Shown here piece after piece: positions 44,413 to 55,896 of a stretch of DNA of 56,590 nucleotides. Made by a program: the position numbers and the translations under genes. The notes below the pieces were generated by a model. The model had not been told where the DNA came from, did not search any database, and saw only the letters and a program-made list of their open reading frames with translations. Where the stretch lies: NCBI GenBank assembly GCA_043779775.1, contig JAYWDP010000395.1, positions 1 through 56,590 on the forward strand. Direction: 5' to 3'. The first letter of the stretch is position 1; every line of letters starts with the position of its first letter. Source of the stretch: Cyclobacteriaceae bacterium (GTDB taxonomy: Bacteria > Bacteroidota > Bacteroidia > Cytophagales > Cyclobacteriaceae).

Positions 44413-45708
44413 TTAGTTGGCCGCGACAATGACGGGAGGTTCCGGGAGTGAGATCAGATCAAGTTTTCTCAACACACGTACTTTCACCTCCTCAAACTGC
44501 GGCTTGAATTCGTTTTTCACGGGCTGAACGGGGGGAAGTTCAACGCGCAAAGCGTCAACCTGGACCCCATTCCGCCAAAAGCGGTAACAAACATGAGGAC
44601 CTGTCGACAAGCCCGTGCTCCCCACAAATCCAATCGTTTCCCCTTGTTTGACACGAACGCCTGGCTTCATCCCAGTTCCTATCCTCGACATATGAAGGTA
44701 TTGAGTAGTATAGGTGGCGTTATGTCGAATTTTTACATAATTACCATTTCGTCCTTTGTATTGCGCTTCCAGAACAATGCCATCTCCTACCGACCGAATG
44801 GGCGTGCCCATGGGGGCAGAAAAGTCAGTGCCCAGGTGAGGCCGGAAGACCTTATCAATAGGATGAAACCTGTTGAGATTATACTGTGAACTGATCCGCG
44901 TAAATTCAATCGGATATTTTAATAAAGCCTTCCGCAAACTCTTTCCCTCCTCATCATAAAAGTCAGTCCCTTCTCCCTGATCAAAAGGAATTGCAAAATA
45001 CGGGTGATTGAAGTGCTGAAAATAAATTCCCAATATCTTCCCGATCCCCATCGGGCTGCCTTCAACCTGTTGCTCTTCATAAAAAAGTTTGAATCGATCT
45101 CCTTTTTGCAAGCGCTGAAAGTCAATCTGCCAGGCAAAAATATCGACAAACCGGTTCGTAAGTTCATGTGAAATGTCCAGCATCTCAATAGTCTCAGACA
45201 AGCTTGACCCAATAACCCCGGCAACCTCTTTCTCCACGGTATTTACAGGCCGATGACCTGACTCCACCCTCATGGAATCCTTCAGGTAGAAAATGTAATA
45301 ATCGATTGGATTGGATTCATAGACCAACGCACGAACCGTTTTGAGCGAATCCTGCTCAGCAATAAGTGTATACTTATTATTAGTTGATATTTTTCTAAAG
45401 TCAAAAGTTTGACGTGGCAATATACTTAACTGCTGCTGCACCTTCGGGGCCACATAATACCCTGACAGCAAATCTGAAAAACGTTGGTTGCGTTTCACAA
45501 CATCCTCCACAACCCGGAGATTGTCAACCATCATACCATATAAAATCATTGGATGACTTATCTCTGTCTTCTGCCGGTGAACGGAGTCTATCGCAAAATC
45601 TCCCGGTCGTGAATACGAAAGGATAAAGCGATCAAACAAAGCATAGCCACCTACCATCACCAGCATGATAAGCACAACCACTAACAGAAGTTTAATTCGG
45701 GGTTTCAA
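44413..45708 (-). CDS. M23-family peptidoglycan endopeptidase (MepM-like)
   Basis: N-terminal TM; HLGTD, YLHMS and GSTGLSTGPHVCY. A TAACTTTG box overlapping 45757-45764 argues for a start downstream of 45759 (TTG 45708). Confidence 0.9.
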   Translation of the reverse strand: MKPRIKLLLVVVLIMLVMVGGYALFDRFILSYSRPGDFAIDSVHRQKTEISHPMILYGMMVDNLRVVEDVVKRNQRFSDLLSGYYVAPKVQQQLSILPRQTFDFRKISTNNKYTLIAEQDSLKTVRALVYESNPIDYYIFYLKDSMRVESGHRPVNTVEKEVAGVIGSSLSETIEMLDISHELTNRFVDIFAWQIDFQRLQKGDRFKLFYEEQQVEGSPMGIGKILGIYFQHFNHPYFAIPFDQGEGTDFYDEEGKSLRKALLKYPIEFTRISSQYNLNRFHPIDKVFRPHLGTDFSAPMGTPIRSVGDGIVLEAQYKGRNGNYVKIRHNATYTTQYLHMSRIGTGMKPGVRVKQGETIGFVGSTGLSTGPHVCYRFWRNGVQVDALRVELPPVQPVKNEFKPQFEEVKVRVLRKLDLISLPEPPVIVAAN

Positions 45709-45771
45709 CTTAGAGAAGATTAAGAATATTTTGTTGCAACAAGGAGAGAACGATCTCAAAGTTACAAAATT

Positions 45772-47841
45772 TTACGGGTACAGCGTTTTATATTTCTTCT
45801 TCCCTTGCTCTAAAAACTGAACGAACTTCTCCACACTGCGGTCATAACCATAAGGCCAGGCCAATACCCGCTCATCTTTTCCTACCAACACATAAAAAGG
45901 TTGGGCATTATTTTCAAGATTGCTGATCTGCAAGTCTGCGTTTTGTTTTCCAATGGTTTTCTTTACTTTATTGTCATACTTCGAAGTGTACCATTGTGAT
46001 TCCGGCAGCTCAGTTTTATCATCAACATAGAGCGCTACAATGACAAAATCCTTTTGCAGTCTTTCAAGCACCTGGGGATCACTCCACACCACCGCTTCCA
46101 TCTCACGGCAGTTGGTACATCCATGGCCCGTGAAGTCAATAAACAGAGGCTTGTTTTGCTGGCGCGCACAGGCCAATGCCTGTTCATAATTGAAATAACC
46201 CTGCAGTCCATGGGGCAAATGCAGAAACTCTTCATACTTCGGAACGTCACAAATCTCACTGCTCTTCATTCCGCGGGTCATTGCAACCAGATCAAAGTCG
46301 TGCGAGGCTGTGGGGGGAAGATAGCCCGCCAGCATTTTCAAAGGAGCTCCCCATAATCCTGGAATCAGGTATACCACAAATGAAAAAGTAGCAATGGAAA
46401 GCATCAATCTTGAGACCGATATTTTTCCCACCGGACTGTCTCCAGACATATTTATTTTGCCGAGGAAGTAAAGACCCAACAGGCCAAAGATGACGATCCA
46501 GATTGCAATGTTAATATCGCGATCAAGCAGGCCCCAGTGATATGCCTGATCGGCGATGCTGAGAAATTTCAAACAAAGTGCTAACTCCAAAAAGCCCAGC
46601 GTTACTTTCACGGAATTCAACCACCCTCCTGACTTAGGCAGGCTTTTTATCCATTCGGGAAAAATAGCAAAGAGTGTAAATGGAATTGAAAATGCGAGCG
46701 CATATGAAAACATGGCCAGCACCGGCTTAATAATCTGACCGCCAGCAGAAAGCACGACTACATTTCCGACAATGGGAATGGTACATGAAAAGGAAACCAG
46801 CACCAGGGTTGCGGCCATAAAAAAAATGCCCAGCAGCCCGCCTTTTTCTGCCTGTCGGTCTACTTTGTTCACCAGCTGATACGGTGCGGTAATTTCGAAC
46901 AGACCGAAAAACGATAATGCAAATATAATGAAGATGATAAAAATAAAGAGATTGGGGGCCCAGTGTGTAGCCAGGGCATTAAGGCCTTCAGCACCCAGCA
47001 ATACGGCGAAGAGCGTTCCGGCCAATGTATAAATTACAATAATCGACAATCCAAAAATGAAGGCATTGCGAATTCCTACGCGCCGGGATTGGTTGTCTTT
47101 GAGAAAAAAAGTTACCGTCATCGGAATCATCGGAAATACACACGGAGTTACCAGGGATGCAAGACCCAGAAGAAATGCAAAAACCAGGTAGCCGATGAAT
47201 GATTCCTCATTAAGGGTGGGGGCACCGTCTATGACCGATTTATCAAGGGTTGGACCGTTGATGGTTGTTGGTTGTTCGTTATTGGTTGTTTGTTGCTCAG
47301 ACCTTTGCAGGGAGTCCTGTGCATTTGATGCTTGATTACTGTCAACATCCGGAATTGAATCCTGAGACTTGGAACCTGAAACCTGTATATTATTAAAAGA
47401 GAAGTCGTCATTGAATGGGATACACTTCCCATCTACATCGGTACATACCTGATATTCATAATCACCGGAGAGTGTGAGGTTTGATTTCAGGATTTTTATT
47501 TTTTGACGGAACTCGCCGGTGCCCTTGAAGATTTTTACATCACAGTCAAAAATTTTATCATGTTTGTCAATGGCATTGATATCCCGAAGTTTACCCACCA
47601 GTTTAAAGCTTGGATGCGGCTTGAAGTTAATGGTCGCTTTAATCGGGCCGTCTTCGCAGGGAAACTCGCTGGCATAGAGATACCAGTCCTTATCAATGTT
47701 TACTTTGAATATCAATTCAATCTCGTCCCCCATCGAAGGCGCAGGGTTGGAAGCCGAATACATCCAGTGGGCAGGGGTAAGGATCTGTGCCATGGAGAAA
47801 AATCCGGTCGTCAGGAAAAACAAAAGGGCTATGAAACGCAT
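45772..47841 (-). CDS. dsbD: Thiol:disulfide interchange protein, DsbD-like (N-domain + CcdA TM + thioredoxin)
   Basis: YQVCTDVDGKCIP, TPCVFPMIP, SFSCT, LPKSGGW and DFTGHGCTNC. Confidence 0.9.
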   Translation of the reverse strand: MRFIALLFFLTTGFFSMAQILTPAHWMYSASNPAPSMGDEIELIFKVNIDKDWYLYASEFPCEDGPIKATINFKPHPSFKLVGKLRDINAIDKHDKIFDCDVKIFKGTGEFRQKIKILKSNLTLSGDYEYQVCTDVDGKCIPFNDDFSFNNIQVSGSKSQDSIPDVDSNQASNAQDSLQRSEQQTTNNEQPTTINGPTLDKSVIDGAPTLNEESFIGYLVFAFLLGLASLVTPCVFPMIPMTVTFFLKDNQSRRVGIRNAFIFGLSIIVIYTLAGTLFAVLLGAEGLNALATHWAPNLFIFIIFIIFALSFFGLFEITAPYQLVNKVDRQAEKGGLLGIFFMAATLVLVSFSCTIPIVGNVVVLSAGGQIIKPVLAMFSYALAFSIPFTLFAIFPEWIKSLPKSGGWLNSVKVTLGFLELALCLKFLSIADQAYHWGLLDRDINIAIWIVIFGLLGLYFLGKINMSGDSPVGKISVSRLMLSIATFSFVVYLIPGLWGAPLKMLAGYLPPTASHDFDLVAMTRGMKSSEICDVPKYEEFLHLPHGLQGYFNYEQALACARQQNKPLFIDFTGHGCTNCREMEAVVWSDPQVLERLQKDFVIVALYVDDKTELPESQWYTSKYDNKVKKTIGKQNADLQISNLENNAQPFYVLVGKDERVLAWPYGYDRSVEKFVQFLEQGKKKYKTLYP
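47257..47385. repeat. Two heptamer arrays inside the dsbD linker
   Basis: (GTTGTTG)x6 at 47257-47298 and, on the minus strand, (CAGGTTY)x4 at 47357-47385. Confidence 0.7.
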
Positions 47842-48044
47842 TTTATAGTATTATTAAGAGCGCTAAGTTAACGCAACGGAAGTCAAATTTGTTGACCGTT
47901 AATTAGTGAAACCCATAATAATACTGTCGTTTACGCAACAAATCGTATTGGAATTCGTCAGAGCGATGTGGGTTGGAAAAAAAAATCTGAATTACCTACC
48001 TTTCCTGTCATTTCCAGGTATCAAAACAAATAAATCACAATTCT

Positions 48045-48782
48045 ATGAAGTTGAAATCTCTATTAATTCTGATGGTATTGGGGTGTTTCGCATCTGCGCA
48101 AGCACAAACAGCCGATGAAATTCTTGCCAAGTATTTTACCAATATTGGCGGCCTTGACAAGTGGAAATCGCTCCAGTCGTTCACCCAGACTGGGAAAGCC
48201 ATTCAAATGGGTCAGGAATTTCCTCTTACCCTTTATGGGAAAGCTCCCAACAAGATTAAGGTAATATTAAACATCCAGGGTACAGAGTTAGTAGCGCAGG
48301 CCTATGACGGCACCACTGCCTGGATGCTAAATCCATTTGGCGGCGGAACAGACCCGGTGAAGATGGACGATGAGATGGCTAAGGATGTCAAGGATGAAGA
48401 ATTTGAAGATGATTTTATTGACTATAAAAAGAAGGGTCACGAAGTCACATTGGAAGGAACTGAGGAAGTTGATGGTGTAAAATGTTATAAAATAAAATTA
48501 GTCCGTAACAAAAACAATCCGAAAGAAGATATCACTGAAGTCTACTATTTTGATTCAGAAAACTTCGTTCCCATTTGTCAGGTTTCTTACGTGCGGAGCG
48601 GTCCTCAAAAGGGAACAGAAATAAAATCCTACATGAGCGACTATCAAGATGTGAATGGTCTCATGTTTCCATTTTCTTTGGAGCAGAAGGTGAACGGACA
48701 GACGGCCATGAAAATGACATTAGAAAAAATCACCATCAATAACATTACGGATGATAGCGTTTTTGCTTTTCCAAAGAAATAA
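48045..48782 (+). CDS. LolA-like / outer-membrane lipoprotein-sorting family protein
   Basis: Signal peptide; QTADEILAKY...IGG, QAYDGTTAW and SDYQDVNGLMFPF. Confidence 0.8.
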   Translation: MKLKSLLILMVLGCFASAQAQTADEILAKYFTNIGGLDKWKSLQSFTQTGKAIQMGQEFPLTLYGKAPNKIKVILNIQGTELVAQAYDGTTAWMLNPFGGGTDPVKMDDEMAKDVKDEEFEDDFIDYKKKGHEVTLEGTEEVDGVKCYKIKLVRNKNNPKEDITEVYYFDSENFVPICQVSYVRSGPQKGTEIKSYMSDYQDVNGLMFPFSLEQKVNGQTAMKMTLEKITINNITDDSVFAFPKK

Positions 48783-48921
48783 ATTTATAAGCTAACCGGA
48801 CCCAATCGGACGCGTTAGAAGTTTCATGAAGAATTGAAAAAAGCTTTGCTGAAATTCGAACTACTGAAGAACTACCCACTCAAAATTAACCCTGATAGTT
48901 GGTGACGAGGGATTACTGCTG

Positions 48922-50283
48922 TTATTTACTTTGACCGAAATACTTATGAAAAGCAACAATCGTCTCTATACCAATAAGAAAATTTTTGATCCCGTAATGT
49001 TCATTAGGCGAGTGAAGGGCATCGGTATCCAGACCAAAGCCCATCAGTACCGTGTCGAGGCCTAATTCTTTTTTAAATAAGGCCACGATGGGAATGCTTC
49101 CGCCATCACGCGTGGGTATAGGCGTCTTTCCCCACACTTCTTCGAAGGCTTTTTTGGCCGCATGAAATGCTTTGGAATCCGTTGCCGTCACAGCTGCTTC
49201 CCCGCCGTGGTGAGCGATCACTTTTACTTTTACCGTTTTGGGCGCTACCGCTTTAAAATGCTTTGTAAATAGTTCGGTGATCTCCTGTGGACTCTGGTTC
49301 GGCACCAGGCGCATGGAAATTTTTGCGGAAGCTTTGGAGGGCAATACGGTTTTCGCTCCTTCTCCGGTATATCCTCCCCAGATACCATTGACATCGAGGG
49401 TTGGCCGGATGCCGGTGCGCTCAAGGGTGGTGTAGCCTTTCTCTCCGTGTATTTCTTCGATGCCTAATTCTTTTTTGTATTCGGATAAATCGAATGGCGC
49501 CTTGTTTAATGCTTCGCGGTCTGCCGCACTCAGTTCAACCACTTTATCATAAAAACCAGGAATGTTCACTCGCCCGTTTTCATCGTGGAGCGATGCAATC
49601 ATTTTGCTTAAGACGTTTGCCGGATTGCCTACCGCTCCGCCATAGACACCGGAATGCAGATCACGGTTTGGGCCCGTCACCTCCACTTCCATATAACTGA
49701 GCCCGCGCAAACCTACCGTGATAGAGGGCTGATTCAAAGAAATCAACGAGGTATCAGAGATCAGAATTACGTCGCCGTTTAGTTTGGCCCTGTTTGTTTT
49801 TACAAACTCCCCCAGGTGTTCCGAGCCTACCTCCTCTTCACCTTCAATCATAAATTTTACATTGCAACTGAGGAGATTATTCTTCATCATGATCTCAAAT
49901 GCCTTGATGTGCATGTAAACTTGTCCTTTGTCATCACACGCGCCGCGGGCATAGATTTTCCCGTCGCGGACGGTCGGCTCAAAAGGAGGTGAATTCCACA
50001 AATCCAACGGATCAGGCGGCTGCACATCATAATGGCCATACACCAATACCGTTTGCTTCTTAGGATCAATGATTTTCTCACCAAAGACAATCGGATGACC
50101 CGGAGTTTCCATCAAAGCCACCTGGTCGGCCCCGGCGTCCCTTAACTTCTGTGCTACGAATTCAGCGGCTTTCCGCACATCCTCTTTATGACGACTGTCA
50201 GCGCTCACGGAAGGAATGCGGAGTAGCTCAAAAAGTTCTGAAAGGAAACGATCTTTGTTGGATTGAATGTATTGGTTAATCAT
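48922..50283 (-). CDS. M20-family dipeptidase
   Basis: YGHYDVQP, ARGACDDKGQ, EGEEE, DLHSG and HSPNE. ATG 50283 (alternative 50304). Confidence 0.93.
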   Translation of the reverse strand: MINQYIQSNKDRFLSELFELLRIPSVSADSRHKEDVRKAAEFVAQKLRDAGADQVALMETPGHPIVFGEKIIDPKKQTVLVYGHYDVQPPDPLDLWNSPPFEPTVRDGKIYARGACDDKGQVYMHIKAFEIMMKNNLLSCNVKFMIEGEEEVGSEHLGEFVKTNRAKLNGDVILISDTSLISLNQPSITVGLRGLSYMEVEVTGPNRDLHSGVYGGAVGNPANVLSKMIASLHDENGRVNIPGFYDKVVELSAADREALNKAPFDLSEYKKELGIEEIHGEKGYTTLERTGIRPTLDVNGIWGGYTGEGAKTVLPSKASAKISMRLVPNQSPQEITELFTKHFKAVAPKTVKVKVIAHHGGEAAVTATDSKAFHAAKKAFEEVWGKTPIPTRDGGSIPIVALFKKELGLDTVLMGFGLDTDALHSPNEHYGIKNFLIGIETIVAFHKYFGQSK

Positions 50284-50397
50284 AACGAATGGCGTTTTGG
50301 TCATACAAATTAAGTCATTCTTCTGGTCCGGATGGGCCAATTTGAAATTGGAATTGATATTCTAACCGGGGGTAACAATTTATTATAGGGTTTAGCG

Positions 50398-51126
50398 CTT
50401 TATGACATCTGATTTAACAAGCAGTGCGCTGGACTATCGATCATAAGACGGCCGACATTAAATACATGTATGTTTTTATTACCATCAATCTTCTCATTTT
50501 GATTGTTGCCTGTATCAACTACATCAATCTTTCTACCGCCCGGTCGGCCGGTCGTGACTTTGACGTTAAAAATATTGCCGACTCCTCCGCTATTTTATTG
50601 AACCAATCCGCCGTATCGGCCCTCCATCTCACCCCACAGGAAATGATTGGAAAGACCGTCATCCGACCGGATTGGGTAATAGGTTATTCCAGACCTGACA
50701 GCACCAAGGCACCTGAAACCGGTCTGGTGATCGGTGTGATCGAGGATTTTCCATTCCGGTCCATGCACAGGAAAATCGAACCCCTGGCCATTTCTCCAAA
50801 ACCTCATACCGCCGACCGAATCATTCATGTAAGGCTGCCCGCAGGGAGGATGGCAGAGAAAATTCAGTTTCTGGAAACATCCTGGAAAAAGATCTTTCCG
50901 ACCAAATTATTGGAAAGCTTCTCTTCATCGCCTGCATTTTCGCATTACCCATTGCCTGGTTTTTCTCTTCTCAATGGCTCGAAAGTTTTGCGTACCGTAC
51001 TGAGCTATCTGTCTTTGTTTTTGGGGGCGCCGTCGCCTCGATTGCCTTCATTCGCTATTAACGGTAAGGTTTGAATCATTGAAAGCCTCCATGCTAAACC
51101 CCGTTAAGGCGCTGCGACACGAGTAA
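50398..51126 (+). pseudogene. Collapsed MacB/FtsX-type ABC permease
   Basis: Consecutive pieces LILIVACINYINLSTARSA | GRDF...VIGVIEDF...WKKIFP | (shifted) PIAWFFSSQWLESFAYRT | (shifted) KASMLNPVKALRHE*. Confidence 0.8.
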
Positions 51127-51269
51127 CCAATCCTACAAAAAAAACTGTTTTACAATCGTTGTAGCTACTAACTGTTAGTAAGGTTAAAAGATTTATTAAA
51201 AATTTCCTGGGCCGTTCTTATCATTAACGGATTGTGCGTCGTAAATTTCTTTTTCAGTTACTATAAGAA

Positions 51270-54200
51270 TTGACCGAAACAACCACACAAGGACTCTACC
51301 ACCCCTCTTTTGAGCACGACTCCTGCGGCGTAGGCTTTATTGCAAACATCAAGGCACGGAAGTCACATCAATTGGTGATGGACGCCATCACCATGCTCGA
51401 ACGGATGAGTCACCGCGGTGCTTGCGGTTGTGAGCCCAATACCGGCGACGGAGCTGGTATTCTCATCCAGATCCCGCATGAGTTTTTCACGAATGAGTGC
51501 AATAAACTAGGTATCAAATTACCTCCGACAGGCCACTATGGCGTGGGACTGGTCTTTTTCCCCCGCGACCCTAAAACACGGGAGGAGTGCCGTACCGTAC
51601 TGAACCGGCAGATCAAGAAAATGAAAATGTCGTTGTTGGGTTACCGGCTTTTGCCCACCCGCAATAACGAGATTGGCGAAACCGCTCTGCGCGCTGAGCC
51701 TGTGATGGAGCAGATTTTCATTAAACGTCCCGAGGCAATAAAAAATGCCGATGATTTCGAACGCAAACTTTTTGTGCTACGGAAATATACCACCCGCATT
51801 ATCACTGAATCGGTGCAGGGCGTTAACAATCAATTCTACTTTTCATCTCTATCCTACAAGACCATTGCCTACAAAGGCATGCTGACCTCACGCCAGCTCA
51901 AGCACTACTTTGCCGACCTGGAGCATGAGGAAGTGGTCTCGGCACTGGCGGTCATCCACTCCAGATTTTCTACCAATACTTTCCCCTCCTGGCGATTGGC
52001 GCAACCCTTTCGCTTCATAGCGCATAACGGAGAAATTAACACCATACAGGGAAATATCAATTGGCTTAAATCCAAGGAGGCATTCTTTGCTTCTTCTGTG
52101 TTTACAAAAGAAGAGCTGGATATGATTTTGCCAATTTGCAACCCGGCCCAATCTGACTCCTCCAATCTTGACAATGTCATTGAATTACTACTGCATTCCG
52201 GTCGTTCCATGCCGCATGTAATGATGATGCTCATACCGGAAGCCTGGGATGGCATTCAGCAAATGAGCCAGGAGAAAAGGGACTTTTATGAATATCATGC
52301 TAATCTCATGGAGCCCTGGGACGGTCCCGCATCCATAACTTTTACCGACGGGAAAATCGTAGGCGCTACGCTGGACCGAAATGGACTACGTCCTTCACGC
52401 TATGTGGTGACCGACGATGACCGCGTCATTATGGCCTCTGAAGTGGGCGTTCTGGACATCGATCCTGCTAAAATCATTACTAAAGGTCGCCTTCAGCCTG
52501 GAAAAATGTTCGTAGTGGACCTCGAACAAGGTCGTATCATCAGCGATGAGGAACTTAAGAAGAACATTTGCTCACGTCAGCCTTATGGTGAATGGTTGCG
52601 CGCCAACAAAGTACGGTTACAGGACCTCCCCGAACCCGGCGGAAGTTTTCACAAATATGATCCGCGCACTTTTATCAAGCGGCAAATTTCTTTCGGCTAT
52701 TCTACCGAAGATGTTCGCGTTGTCCTGGCGCAAATGTGCGACACTGGCAAAGAAGCGCTTGGATCCATGGGCAGCGATACTCCGCTTGCCGTGCTCTCCA
52801 ACCAGGCACAACACTTATCAAGTTATTTCAAACAGTTGTTTGCTCAGGTAACCAATCCGCCCATCGACCCGATACGCGAACGGCTGGTGATGTCCCTGGC
52901 TACCCATGTCGGCGGCTCTTTGAATCTTTTGGAAGAAACGCCCGAGCACTGTATAACCCTGGAATTGCCGATTCCCATTCTCTCGAACAGTGACCTGGAA
53001 AAAGTCCGGTACATCGATCATCGGCATCTGCAGACGAAGACTATTTATACCTATTTTAAATCTGACGGTGAGCCAGATTCTTTGGAGAAAGGATTGACCC
53101 GCGTTTGTCAATATGTTACCGACGCCATTGAAGACGGTTTTACGATCATTATTTTATCTGACCGTAGCTTCGACAGCGGCCATGCACAGATCCCTTCTCT
53201 TCTTGCTGTAGCCGCGGTACATCACGATCTCATTCGCAAAGGACTCCGCGGAAAAGTGGGGCTTCTGGTGGAGGCTGGCGATGTGTGGGAAACGCATCAT
53301 TATGCTACGCTGATTGGTTATGGTGCCTCCGGCGTAAATCCTTATTTAGTTTATCAGACCATCTTCGACATGAAGAAACGTAATCTGCTGCGTGAAGATC
53401 TCACTGAAGAGCAGGCTGTGTATAATTATAAGAAGGCCGTGGGCGGGGAATTGCTAAAGATCATGAGTAAAATGGGAATCAGCACGCTGCAATCTTACCA
53501 TGGCGCTCAGATCTTCGAGGCCCTGGGCATCAGTAAAGAAGTGGTGGATTCCTACTTTACCGGCTCCGTGTCGCGCATCGGTGGTCTTACGCTCGATGAC
53601 ATTGCCAGGGAGGCATTGGTAAAACATCATCTGGCTTTCCCAAAAACGGCATCAGGTGCTTCACGCCTTGAAGTCGGTGGAGTCTATCAATGGAGGCAAC
53701 GCGGGGAAGCACACCTGTTCAATCCTCAGACCATTCACCTTCTGCAGCACGCAACAAAAACCAATGACTATCAGGTTTTTAAAAAATATTCTGAAAAGAT
53801 CAACGAACAAAGTGAGAAGGCCATCACCCTAAGAAGCCTGTTGAAATTCCGAAAGGCTAGACCGATTTCCATCAACGAAGTGGAACCCGTAACAGAAATT
53901 TTTAAGCGTTTTGCTACCGGGGCCATGTCGTTTGGTTCCATTTCACATGAAGCCCACAGCACCCTGGCCATCGCGATGAACAGGATCGGAGGCAAGAGCA
54001 ATTGCGGGGAAGGCGGGGAAGATGAAATGCGTTTTCATCGCAAAGAAAATGGCGACTGGGAAAATTCTGCCATCAAACAAGTCGCTTCAGGTAGATTTGG
54101 CGTCACCAGTTACTATCTCGCCAATGCAAAAGAACTTCAAATTAAAATGGCCCAAGGGGCAAAGCCAGGCGAAGGAGGACAATTGCCTGGTCATAAAGTG

Positions 54201-55883
54201 GATGAGTGGATTGGACGAGTGCGTCACGCAACACCGGGCGTTGGATTGATTTCTCCTCCTCCCCATCACGATATCTATTCCATTGAAGATTTGGCGCAAT
54301 TGATCTTTGATCTGAAGAATGCAAACCGCGAGGCGCGCATCAGCGTGAAGCTGGTTTCTGAGGCTGGCGTGGGTACTATTGCCTCGGGTGTAACCAAAGC
54401 CCATGCTGATGTCATTTTGATTTCGGGACATGACGGCGGAACGGGGGCCTCCCCTCTGAGCTCCATACGTCACGCGGGCCTGCCCTGGGAACTGGGACTG
54501 GCAGAAGCGCATCAGACGCTCGTGCGAAATAAACTCAGGGGTCGGGTAGTTCTTCAAACGGATGGACAAATCCGCACCGGCCGGGATCTAGCCATCGCAG
54601 CCATGCTTGGCGCCGAAGAGTGGGGCGTTGCTACGGCAGCCCTGGTAACATCGGGCTGTATCATGATGCGCAAATGCCATCTCAACACCTGCCCTGTGGG
54701 CGTTGCCACACAAAACAAAGAACTGCGTGCTCTTTTTACCGGTAAGCCGGAATATGTAGTCAACCTGTTTACTTTTTTAGCACAAGAACTCCGTGAAATA
54801 ATGGCCGAACATGGATTCAGAACGGTGAATGAAATGGTTGGACAAAGCGATTATCTTGAACTTAGTGATTCTGACAGCCGCTGGAAATTTCATAACCTCG
54901 ACCTGTCACCAATTCTTTACAAGGAACCTATCAGTCTTGATACCGCCCTGTTCAAACAGGAAGATCAAGACCACGCAATTGAGCATGTCCTTGACCGCAC
55001 CTTGATAAAGATTGCCAAACCTTTTCTAGAACATGGAGAGGCCGTGCAGGGTGTCTTCTCCATCACCAACGAAGACCGCGCTGTAGGTGCGATGCTGTCA
55101 TATGAAATTTCAAAACTCCAGTCCCTCCAGGCAGCACAAGCCTCCGCTAGCACGCAATTCAACGCTCACAGAACGGTAGAAAATTCAAGCGAAGATTTGC
55201 ACACTGAGCTTGGAAGTGAAGGTGGGGGCATCCACTTTAAATTTCACGGCACGGCAGGACAAAGCTTTGGCGCTTTCGCCACCCGTGGTATCACTTTTGA
55301 ACTCGAAGGAGATGCCAATGATTATTTTGGCAAGGGCCTTTCTGGTGCCCGCATCGTTGTGTACCCGGATAAGAGAATTAAATACGATCCTTACCAGAAC
55401 ATCATTATTGGAAACGTAGCCTTGTATGGTGCCACTTCAGGGACTGTATTTATCAGAGGGCGGGCGGGGGAACGATTCGCGGTCAGAAATTCAGGTGCAA
55501 CGGCCGTGGTGGAAGGCGTGGGTGACCATGGTTGTGAATATATGACTGGCGGCACGGTGGTTATCCTTGGAACTACCGGAAGAAATTTTGCAGCCGGCAT
55601 GAGCGGAGGCGTTGCTTATGTCTTTGACCCACAGAAGAATTTTGTAGAAAATGTAAATATGGAAATGGTCCTGCTCGATCCGATGGATAAGGAAGATGAA
55701 TCCACCCTTCGCAAACTTATTTTAGAATATCATTCCAATACCGCCAGTAAGGCTGCGGCAACTATTATTAATAACTGGGACGAATCTTTTAGCCAATTTG
55801 TCAAGGTGTTGCCTATTGAATACAAAGAGGTGCTTCGGAAAAGAAAATTAATAAAAGAACAAGTTTCGCTTGCTTCCCGGTAG
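51270..55883 (+). CDS. gltB: Glutamate synthase large subunit
   Basis: EHDSCGVG (Ntn Cys), [40 protein letters not shown] and [11 protein letters not shown]. Confidence 0.99.
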   Translation: MTETTTQGLYHPSFEHDSCGVGFIANIKARKSHQLVMDAITMLERMSHRGACGCEPNTGDGAGILIQIPHEFFTNECNKLGIKLPPTGHYGVGLVFFPRDPKTREECRTVLNRQIKKMKMSLLGYRLLPTRNNEIGETALRAEPVMEQIFIKRPEAIKNADDFERKLFVLRKYTTRIITESVQGVNNQFYFSSLSYKTIAYKGMLTSRQLKHYFADLEHEEVVSALAVIHSRFSTNTFPSWRLAQPFRFIAHNGEINTIQGNINWLKSKEAFFASSVFTKEELDMILPICNPAQSDSSNLDNVIELLLHSGRSMPHVMMMLIPEAWDGIQQMSQEKRDFYEYHANLMEPWDGPASITFTDGKIVGATLDRNGLRPSRYVVTDDDRVIMASEVGVLDIDPAKIITKGRLQPGKMFVVDLEQGRIISDEELKKNICSRQPYGEWLRANKVRLQDLPEPGGSFHKYDPRTFIKRQISFGYSTEDVRVVLAQMCDTGKEALGSMGSDTPLAVLSNQAQHLSSYFKQLFAQVTNPPIDPIRERLVMSLATHVGGSLNLLEETPEHCITLELPIPILSNSDLEKVRYIDHRHLQTKTIYTYFKSDGEPDSLEKGLTRVCQYVTDAIEDGFTIIILSDRSFDSGHAQIPSLLAVAAVHHDLIRKGLRGKVGLLVEAGDVWETHHYATLIGYGASGVNPYLVYQTIFDMKKRNLLREDLTEEQAVYNYKKAVGGELLKIMSKMGISTLQSYHGAQIFEALGISKEVVDSYFTGSVSRIGGLTLDDIAREALVKHHLAFPKTASGASRLEVGGVYQWRQRGEAHLFNPQTIHLLQHATKTNDYQVFKKYSEKINEQSEKAITLRSLLKFRKARPISINEVEPVTEIFKRFATGAMSFGSISHEAHSTLAIAMNRIGGKSNCGEGGEDEMRFHRKENGDWENSAIKQVASGRFGVTSYYLANAKELQIKMAQGAKPGEGGQLPGHKVDEWIGRVRHATPGVGLISPPPHHDIYSIEDLAQLIFDLKNANREARISVKLVSEAGVGTIASGVTKAHADVILISGHDGGTGASPLSSIRHAGLPWELGLAEAHQTLVRNKLRGRVVLQTDGQIRTGRDLAIAAMLGAEEWGVATAALVTSGCIMMRKCHLNTCPVGVATQNKELRALFTGKPEYVVNLFTFLAQELREIMAEHGFRTVNEMVGQSDYLELSDSDSRWKFHNLDLSPILYKEPISLDTALFKQEDQDHAIEHVLDRTLIKIAKPFLEHGEAVQGVFSITNEDRAVGAMLSYEISKLQSLQAAQASASTQFNAHRTVENSSEDLHTELGSEGGGIHFKFHGTAGQSFGAFATRGITFELEGDANDYFGKGLSGARIVVYPDKRIKYDPYQNIIIGNVALYGATSGTVFIRGRAGERFAVRNSGATAVVEGVGDHGCEYMTGGTVVILGTTGRNFAAGMSGGVAYVFDPQKNFVENVNMEMVLLDPMDKEDESTLRKLILEYHSNTASKAAATIINNWDESFSQFVKVLPIEYKEVLRKRKLIKEQVSLASR

Positions 55884-55896
55884 AGCCGTTAAATTT

